A DNA stretch of 64,000 bases. Origin: Gordius albopunctatus (lineage: Eukaryota). Positions within the stretch are counted from its first letter, which is position 1, and every line of letters starts with the position of its first letter. Of this stretch, positions 1 through 10,000 are shown piece after piece. Position numbers and translations under genes: made by a program. The stretch is from the NCBI GenBank assembly GCA_964276515.1, contig OZ193910.1:8308001-8372000 (forward strand), in the 5' to 3' direction. The notes under the pieces are model-generated. The model saw nothing but the letters and a program-made list of their open reading frames with translations, did not search any database and was not told where the DNA came from.

Positions 1-345
1 AATAATTCACAATTTTTTCCTTTCGGCCATATTCAACCGATGAAAGTTGTTATTTTCAGACGTGATTTCCATGATAAAAAGTCAAAATTTATCAGAATTA
101 GAGAACTGTTACTTTTATATCATCATCGCATAGAGCATGTTTCAAAAATTAAGCACTAACGTTGCGATACAACAAACTAATCGCAACAAAATAACGTTGT
201 CTTTTCTCAAAATGATTGTTCTCGCAGCTTAAAACTTCTTTCTTAAGTCAATCGAGCATAAAAGGTTTCTCAAATTGGCTTACTTTAATATATTTTTTCA
301 AGCTCCTTTACATAAAATAACAAAAAATATATTTTTTCAGGATAA
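1..345 (+). repeat. Representative subfamily-B monomer
   Basis: The variable block reads CTTCTTTCTTAAGTCAATCGAGCATAAAAGGTTTCTCAAATTGGC (about 236-279). Confidence 0.93.
161..187. other. 8-bp perfect inverted repeat present in nearly every monomer (GTTGCGAT-N11 or N7-ATCGCAAC)
   Basis: GTTGCGAT at 161-168 is the reverse complement of ATCGCAAC at 180-187. Confidence 0.9.
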
Positions 346-686
346 AATAATTCACAATTTTTTCCTTTCAACCATATTCAACTGATGAAAGTTGTTATTT
401 TCAGACGTGATTTCCATGATAAAAAGTCAAAATTTATCAGAATTACAGAACTATTACTTTTAAATCATCATCGCATAGAGCATGTTTCAAAAATTAAGCA
501 CTAACGTTGCGATACAACTAATCGCAACAATATAACGTTGTCTTTTCTCAAAATGATTGTTCTCGCAGCTTAAAACTTCTTATAAGGAGTCGATCGAGAT
601 TAATAGGATTCTCAAATGAGCTTACTTTTATATATTTTTTCAAGCTCTTTTACATAAAATAACAAAAAATATATTGTTCAGGTTAA

Positions 687-1031
687 AATAATTCACAATT
701 TTTTCCTTTCAACCATATTCAACCGATGAAAGTTGTTATTTTCAGACGTGATTTCCATGATAAAAAGTTAAAATTTATCAGAATTAGAGAACCATTACTT
801 TTAAATCATCATCGCATAGAGCATGTTTCAAAAATTAAGCACTAACGTTGCGATACAACTAACTAATCGCAACAATATAACGTTGTCTTTTCTCAAAATG
901 ATTGTTCTCGCAGCTTAAAACTTCTTATAAGGAGTCGATCGAGATTAATAGGATTTTCAAATCAGCTTACTTTTATATATTTTTTCAAGCTCTTTTACAT
1001 AAAATAACAAAAAATATATTTTTCAGGTTAA
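687..1031 (+). repeat. Representative subfamily-A monomer
   Basis: The variable block has the A-type consensus CTTCTTATAAGGAGTCGATCGAGATTAATAGGATTCTCAAATCAGC (this copy reads GGATTTTC). Confidence 0.93.
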
Positions 1032-4000
1032 AATAATTCACAATTTTTTCCTTTCAACCATATTCAACCGATAAAAGTTGTTATTTTCAGACGTGATTGC
1101 CATGATAAAAAGTTAAAATTTATCAGAATTAGAGAACCATTACTTTTAAATCATCATCGCATAGAGCATGTTTCAAAAATTAAGCACTAACGTTGCGATA
1201 CAACTAACTAATCGAAACAATATAACGTTGTATTTTCTCAAAATGATTGTTCTCGCAGGTTAAAACTTCTTTCTGAAGTCAATCGAGGATAAAAGGTTTC
1301 TCAAATCAGCTTACTTTTATATATTTTTTCAAGCTCTTTTACATAAAATAACAAAAAATATATTTTTCAGGTTTAAATAATTCACAATTTTTTCCTTTCA
1401 ACCATATTCAACCGATGAAAGTTGTTATTTTCAGACGTGATTTCCATGATAAAAAGTTAAAATTTATCAGAATTAGAGAACTATTACTTTTAAATCATCA
1501 TCGCATAGAGCATGTTTCAAAAATTAAGCACTAACGTTGCGATACAACTAACTAATCGCAACAATATAACGTTGTCTTTTCTCAAAATGATTGTTCTCGC
1601 AGCTTAAAACTTCTTATAAGGAGTCGATCGAGATTAATAGGATTCTCAAATCAGCTTACTTTTATATATTTTTTCAAGCTCTTTTACATAAAATAACAAA
1701 AAATATATTGTTCAGGTTAAAATAATTCACAATTTTTTCCTTTCGGCCATATTCAACCGATGAAAGTTGTTATTTTCAGACGTGATTTCCATGATAAAAA
1801 GTTAAAATTTATCAGAATTAGAGAACCGTTACTTTTAAATCATCATCGCATAGAGCATGTTTCAAAAATTAAGCACTAACGTTGCGATACAACGAACTAA
1901 TCGCAACAATATAACGTTGTCTTTTCTCAAAATGATTGTTCTCGCAGCTTAAAACTTCTTATAAGGAGTCGATCGAGATTAATAGGATTCTCAAATCAGC
2001 TTACTTTTATATATTTTTTCAAGCTCTTTTACATAAAATAACAAAAAATATATTGTTCAGGTTAAAATAATTCACAATTTTTTCCTTTCGGCCATATTCA
2101 ACCGATGAAAGTTGTTATTTTCAGACGTGATTTCCATGATAAAAAGTCAAAATTTATCAGAATTAGAGAACCATTACTTTTAAATCATCATCGCATAGAG
2201 CATGTTTCAAAAATTAAGCACTAACGTTGCGATACAACTAACTAATCGCAACAATATAACGTTGTCTTTTCTCAAAATGATTGTTCTCGCAGCTTAAAAC
2301 TTCTTATAAGGAGTCGATCGAGATTAATAGGATTCTCAAATCAGCTTACTTTTATATATTTTTTCAAGCTCTTTTACATAAAATAACAAAAAATATATTG
2401 TTCAGGTTAAAATAATTCACAATTTTTTCCTTTCGGGCATATTCAACCGATGAAAGTTGTTATTTTCAGACGTGATTTCCATGATAAAAAGTCAAAATTT
2501 ATCAGAATTAGAGAACTGTTACTTTTAAATCATCATCGCATAGAGCATGTTTCAAAAATTAAGCACTAACGTTGCGATACAACTAACTAATCGCAACAAT
2601 ATAACGTTGTCTTTTCTCAAAATGATTGTTCTCGCAGCTTAAAACTTCTTTCTAAAGTCAATCGAGCATAAAAGGTTTCTCAAATTGGCTTACTTTAATA
2701 TATTTTTTCAAGCTCTTTTACATAAAATAACAAAAAATAAATTTTTTCAGGATAAAATAATTCACAATTTTTTCCTTTCAACCATATTCAACCGATGAAA
2801 GTTGTTATTTTCAGACGTGATTTCCATGATAAAAAGTTAAAATTTATCAGAATTAGAGAACTATTACTTTTAAATCATCATCGCATAGAGCATGTTTCAA
2901 AAATTAAGCACTCACGTTGCGATACAACAAACTAATGGCAACAAGATAACGTTGTCTTTTCGCAAAATGATAGTTCTCGCAGCTTAAAACTTCTTATAAG
3001 GAGTCGATCGAGATTAATAGGATTCTCAAATAAGCTTACTTTTATATATTTTTTCAAGCTCTTTTACATAAAATAACAAAAAATATATTGTTCAGGTTAA
3101 AATAATTCACAATTTTTTCCTTTCGGCCATATTCAACCGATGAAAGTTGTTATTTTCAGACGTGATTTCCTTGATAAAAAGTTAAAATTTATCAGAATTA
3201 GAGAACCATTACTTTTAAATCATCATCGCATAGAGCATGTTTCAAAAATTAAGCACTAACGTTGCGATACAACTAACTAATCGCAACAATATAACGTTGT
3301 CTTTTCTCAAAATGATTGTTCTCGCAGCTTAAAACTTCTTATAAGGAGTCGATCGAGATTAATAGGATTCTCAAATAAGCTTACTTTTATATATTTTTTC
3401 AAGCTCTTTTACATAAAATAACAAAAAATATATTGTTCAGGTTAAAATAATTCACAATTTTTTCCTTTCGGCCATATTCAACCGATGAAAGTTGTTATTT
3501 TCAGACGTGATTTCCATGATAAAAAGTCAAAATTTATCAGAATTAGAGAACTGTTACTTTTAAATCATCATCGCATAGAGCATGTTTCAAAAATTAAGCA
3601 CTAACGTTGCGATACAACTAACTAATCGCAACAATATAACGTTGTCTTTTCTCAAAATGATTGTTCTCGCAGGTTAAAACTTCTTTCTGAAGTCAATCGA
3701 GGATAAAAGGTTTCTCAAATCAGCTTACTTTTATATATTTTTTCAAGCTCTTTTACATAAAATAACAAAAAATATATTTTTCAGGTTTAAATAATTCACA
3801 ATTTTTTCCTTTCAACCATATTCAACCGATGAAAGTTGTTATTTTCAGACGTGATTTCCATGATAAAAAGTTAAAATTTATCAGAATTAGAGAACTATTA
3901 CTTTTAAATCATCATCGCATAGAGCATGTTTCAAAAATTAAGCACTAACGTTGCGATACAACTAACTAATCGCAACAATATAACGTTGTCTTTTCTCAAA

Positions 4001-7000
4001 ATGATTGTTCTCGCAGCTTAAAACTTCTTATAAGGAGTCGATCGAGATTAATAGGATTCTCAAATCAGCTTACTTTTATATATTTTTTCAAGCTCTTTTA
4101 CATAAAATAACAAAAAATATATTGTTCAGGTTAAAATAATTCACAATTTTTTCCTTTCGGCCATATTCAACCGATGAAAGTTGTTATTTTCAGACGTGAT
4201 TTCCATGATAAAAAGTTAAAATTTATCAGAATTAGAGAACCATTACTTTTAAATCATCATCGCATAGAGCATGTTTCAAAAATTAACCACTAACGTTGCG
4301 ATACAACTAACTAATCGCAACAAAATAACGTTGTCTTTTCTCAAAATGATTGTTCTCGCAGCTTAAAACTTCTTTCTTAAGTCAATCGAGCATAAAAGGT
4401 TTCTCAAATTGGCTTACTTTAATATATTTTTTCAAGCTCTTTTACATAAAATAACAAAAAATATATTTTTTCAGGATAAAATAATTCACAATTTTTTCCT
4501 TTCAACCATATTCAACTGATGAAAGTTGTTATTTTCAGACGTGATTTCCATGATAAAAAGTTAAAATTTATCAGAATTAGAGAACCATTACTTTTAAATC
4601 ATCATCGCATAGAGCATGTTTCAAAAATTAAGCACTAACGTTGCGATACAACGAACTAATCGCAACAATATAACGTTGTCTTTTCTCAAAATGATTGTTC
4701 TCGCAGCTTAAAACTTCTTATAAGGAGTCGATCGAGATTAATAGGATTCTCAAATCAGCTTACTTTTATATATTTTTTCAAGCTCTTTTACATAAAATAA
4801 CAAAAAATATATTGTTCAGGTTAAAATAATTCACAATTTTTTCCTTTCGGCCATATTCAACCGATGAAAGTTGTTATTTTCAGACGTGATTTCCATGATA
4901 AAAAGTCAAAATTTATCAGAATTAGAGAACCATTACTTTTAAATCATCATCGCATAGAGCATGTTTCAAAAATTAAGCACTAACGTTGCGATACAACTAA
5001 CTAATCGCAACAATATAACGTTGTCTTTTCTCAAAATGATTGTTCTCGCAGCTTAAAACTTCTTATAAGGAGTCGATCGAGATTAATAGGATTCTCAAAT
5101 CAGCTTACTTTTATATATTTTTTCAAGCTCTTTTACATAAAATAACAAAAAATATATTGTTCAGGTTAAAATAATTCACAATTTTTTCCTTTCGGGCATA
5201 TTCAACCGATGAAAGTTGTTATTTTCAGACGTGATTTCCATGATAAAAAGTCAAAATTTATCAGAATTAGAGAACTGTTACTTTTAAATCATCATCGCAT
5301 AGAGCATGTTTCAAAAATTAAGCACTAACGTTGCGATACAACTAACTAATCGCAACAATATAACGTTGTCTTTTCTCAAAATGATTGTTCTCGCAGCTTA
5401 AAACTTCTTTCTAAAGTCAATCGAGCATAAAAGGTTTCTCAAATTGGCTTACTTTAATATATTTTTTCAAGCTCTTTTACATAAAATAACAAAAAATAAA
5501 TTTTTTCAGGATAAAATAATTCACAATTTTTTCCTTTCAACCATATTCAACCGATGAAAGTTGTTATTTTCAGACGTGATTTCCATGATAAAAAGTTAAA
5601 ATTTATGCGAATTAGAGAACTATTACTTTTAAATCATCATCGCATAGAGCATGTTTCAAAAATTAAGCACTCACGTTGCGATACAACAAACTAATGGCAA
5701 CAAGATAACGTTGTCTTTTCGCAAAATGATAGTTCTCGCAGCTTAAAACTTCTTATAAGGAGTCGATCGAGATTAATAGGATTCTCAAATAAGCTTACTT
5801 TTATATATTTTTTCAAGCTCTTTTACATAAAATAACAAAAAATATATTGTTCAGGTTAAAATAATTCACAATTTTTTCCTTTCGGCCATATTCAACCGAT
5901 GAAAGTTGTTATTTTCAGACGTGATTTCCTTGATAAAAAGTTAAAATTTATCAGAATTAGAGAACCATTACTTTTAAATCATCATCGCATAGAGCATGTT
6001 TCAAAAATTAAGCACTAACGTTGCGATACAACTAACTAATCGCAACAATATAACGTTGTCTTTTCTCAAAATGATTGTTCTCGCAGCTTAAAACTTCTTA
6101 TAAGGAGTCGATCGAGATTAATAGGATTCTCAAATCAGCTTACTTTTATATATTTTTTCAAGCTCTTTTACATAAAATAACAAAAAATATATTGTTCAGG
6201 TTAAAATAATTCACAATTTTTTCCTTTCGGCCATATTCAACCGATGAAAGTTGTTATTTTCAGACGTGATTTCCATGATAAAAAGTCAAAATTTATCAGA
6301 ATTAGAGAACTGTTACTTTTAAATCATCATCGCATAGAGCATGTTTCAAAAATTAAGCACTAACGTTGCGATACAACTAACTAATCGCAACAATATAACG
6401 TTGTCTTTTCTCAAAATGATTGTTCTCGCAGCTTAAAACTTCTTTCTAAAGTCAATCGAGCATAAAAGGTTTCTCAAATTGGCTTACTTTAATATATTTT
6501 TTCAAGCTCTTTTACATAAAATAACAAAAAATATATTTTTTCAGGATAAAATAATTCACAATTTTTTCCTTTCAACCATATTCAACTGATGAAAGTTGTT
6601 ATTTTCAGACGTGATTTCCATGATAAAAAGTTAAAATTTATCAGAATTAGAGAACCATTACTTTTAAATCATCATCGCATAGAGCATGTTTCAAAAATTA
6701 AGCACTAACGTTGCGATACAACGAACTAATCGCAACAATATAACGTTGTCTTTTCTCAAAATGATTGTTCTCGCAGCTTAAAACTTCTTATAAGGAGTCG
6801 ATCGAGATTAATAGGATTCTCAAATAAGCTTACTTTTATATATTTTTTCAAGCTCTTTTACATAAAATAACAAAAAATATATTTTTCAGGTTAAAATAAT
6901 TCACAATTTTTTCCTTTCAACCATATTCAACCGATGAAAGTTGTTATTTTCAGACGTTATTTCCATGATAAAAAGTTAAAATTTATCAGAATTCGAGAAC

Positions 7001-10000
7001 CATTACTTTTAAATCATCATCGCATAGAGCATGTTTCAAAAATTAAGCACTAACGTTGCGATACAACTAACTAATCGCAACAATATAACGTTGTATTTTC
7101 TCAAAATGATTGTTCTCGCAGCTTAAAACTTCTTTCTTAAGTCAATCGAGCATAAAAGGTTTCTCAAATTGGCTTACTTTAATATATTTTTTCAAGCTCC
7201 TTTACATAAAATAACAAAAAATATATTTTTTCAGGATAAAATAATTCACAATTTTTTCCTTTCAACCATATTCAACTGATGAAAGTTGTTATTTTCAGAC
7301 GTTATTTCCATGATAAAAAGTTAAAATTTATCAGAATTAGAGAACCATTACTTTTAAATCATCATCGCATAGAGCATGTTTCAAAAATTAAGCACTAACG
7401 TTGCGATACAACTAACTAATCGCAACAATATAACGTTGTCTTTTCTCAAAATGATTGTTCTCGCAGCTTAAAACTTCTTATAAGGAGTCGATCGAGATTA
7501 ATAGGATTCTCAAATCAGCTTACTTTTATATATTTTTTCAAGCTCTTTTACATAAAATAACAAAAAATATATTGTTCAGGTTAAAATAATTCACAATTTT
7601 TTCCTTTCGGCCATATTCAACCGATGAAAGTTGTTATTTTCAGACGTGATTTCCATGATAAAAAGTCAAAATTTATCAGAATTAGAGAACTGTTACTTTT
7701 AAATCATCATCGCATAGAGCATGTTTCAAAAATTAAGCACTAACGTTGCGATACAACTAACTAATCGCAACAATATAACGTTGTCTTTTCTCAAAATGAT
7801 TGTTCTCGCAGCTTAAAACTTCTTTCTAAAGTCAATCGAGCATAAAAGGTTTCTCAAATTGGCTTACTTTAATATATTTTTTCAAGCTCTTTTACATAAA
7901 ATAACAAAAAATATATTTTTTCAGGATAAAATAATTCACAATTTTTTCCTTTCAACCATATTCAACCGATGAAAGTTGTTATTTTCAGACGTGATTTCCA
8001 TGATAAAAAGTTAAAATTTATCAGAATTAGAGAACTATTACTTTTAAATCATCATCGCATAGAGCATGTTTCAAAAATTAAGCACTCACGTTGCGATACA
8101 ACAAACTAATCGCAACAAGATAACGTTGTCTTTTCGCAAAATGATAGTTCTCGCAGCTTGAAACATCTTATAAGGAGTCGATCGAGAATAATAGGATTCT
8201 CAAATTAGCTTACTTTTATATATTTTATCAAGCTCTTTTACATAAAATAACAAAAAATATATTTTTTAGGTTAAAATAATTCACAATTTTTTCCTTTCAA
8301 CCATATTCAACCGATAAAAGTTGTTATTTTCAGACGTGATTTCCATGATAAAAAGTTAAAATTTATCAGAATTAGAGAACCATTACTTTTAAATCATCAT
8401 CGCATAGAGCATGTTTCAAAAATTAAGCACTAACGTTGCGATACAACTAACTAATCGCAACAATATAACGTTGTATTTTCTCAAAATGATTGTTCTCGCA
8501 GCTTAAAACTTCTTTCTGAAGTCAATCGAGGATAAAAGGTTTCTCAAATCAGCTTACTTTTATATATTTTTTCAAGCTCTTTTACATAAAATAACGAAAA
8601 AATATATTTTTCAGGTTAAAATAATTCACAATTTTTTCCTTTCAACCATATTCAACCGATGAAAGTTGTTATTTTCAGACGTGATTTCCATGATAAAAAG
8701 TTAAAATTTATCAGAATTAGAGAACCATTACTTTTAAATCATCATCGCATAGAGCATGTTTCAAAAATTAAGCATTAACGTTGCGATACAACTAACTAAT
8801 CGCAACAATATAACGTTGTCTTTTCTCAAAATGATTGTTCTCGCAGCTTAAAACTTCTTATAAGGAGTCGATCGAGATTAATAGGATTCTCAAATCAGCT
8901 TACTTTTATATATTTTTTCAAGCTCTTTTACATAAAATAACAAAAAATATATTGTTCAGGTTAAAATAATTCACAATTTTTTCCTTTCGGCCATATTCAA
9001 CCGATGAAAGTTGTTATTTTCAGACGTGATTTCCATGATAAAAAGTCAAAATTTATCAGAATTAGAGAACTGTTACTTTTAAATCATCATCGCATAGAGC
9101 ATGTTTCAAAAATTAAGCACTAACGTTGCGATACAACAAACTAATCGCAACAAAATAACGTTGTCTTTTCTCAAAATGATTGTTCTCGCAGCTTAAAACT
9201 TCTTTCTTAAGTCAATCGAGCATAAAAGGTTTCTCAAATTGGCTTACTTTAATATATTTTTTCAAGCTCCTTTACATAAAATAACAAAAAATATATTTTT
9301 TCAGGATAAAATAATTCACAATTTTTTCCTTTCAACCATATTCAACTGATGAAAGTTGTTATTTTCAGACGTGATTTCCATGATAAAAAGTCAAAATTTA
9401 TCAGAATTAGAGAACTATTACTTTTAAATCATCATCGCATAGAGCATGTTTCAAAAATTAAGCACTAACGTTGCGATACAACTAATCGCAACAATATAAC
9501 GTTGTCTTTTCTCAAAATGATTGTTCTCGCAGCTTAAAACTTCTTATAAGGAGTCGATCGAGATTAATAGGATTCTCAAATGAGCTTACTTTTATATATT
9601 TTTTCAAGCTCTTTTACATAAAATAACAAAAAATATATTGTTCAGGTTAAAATAATTCACAATTTTTTCCTTTCAACCATATTCAACCGATGAAAGTTGT
9701 TATTTTCAGACGTGATTTCCATGATAAAAAGTCAAAATTTATCAGAATTAGAGAACTGTTACTTTTAAATCATCATCGCATAGAGCATGTTTCAAAAATT
9801 AAGCACTAACGTTGCGATACAACAAACTAATCGCAACAAAATAACGTTGTCTTTTCTCAAAATGATTGTTCTCGCAGCTTAAAACTTCTTTCTTAAGTCA
9901 ATCGAGCATAAAAGGTTTCTCAAATTGGCTTACTTTAATATATTTTTTCAAGCTCCTTTACATAAAATAACAAAAAATATATTTTTTCAGGATAAAATAA

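Noticed and set aside
21..40. CENP-B box at TTTCGGCCATATTCAACCG
   Set aside because: Only TTCG matches. The required A and CGGG of NTTCGNNNNANNCGGGN are absent.
1..345. Tandem 5S rRNA, tRNA, snRNA or spliced-leader gene unit
   Set aside because: I recognise no such sequence, Pol III box or cloverleaf, and GC is very low. An Rfam/Infernal search would be the formal test.
53..345. TTTTCAG splice-acceptor-like motifs, two per monomer
   Set aside because: Short motifs like this are expected in T-rich DNA, no exon structure is evident, and the second site is often mutated (TTGTTCAG, TTCATG, TTTTAG).
1..345. Assignment to a named satellite of similar length (Drosophila 359-bp 1.688, tenebrionid beetle ~340-360-bp satellites)
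   Set aside because: The resemblance is only in length and AT content. I cannot confirm sequence homology without a search.
581..592. TATAA or AAGGAG as TATA box or Shine-Dalgarno site
   Set aside because: No downstream start codon or ORF, and the context is satellite DNA, so a chance match is likely.
5601..8600. Singleton variants (TATGCGA ~5607, ATTCGAG ~6994, AACGAAAA ~8596)
   Set aside because: Each is seen once and cannot be distinguished from sequencing or consensus error.
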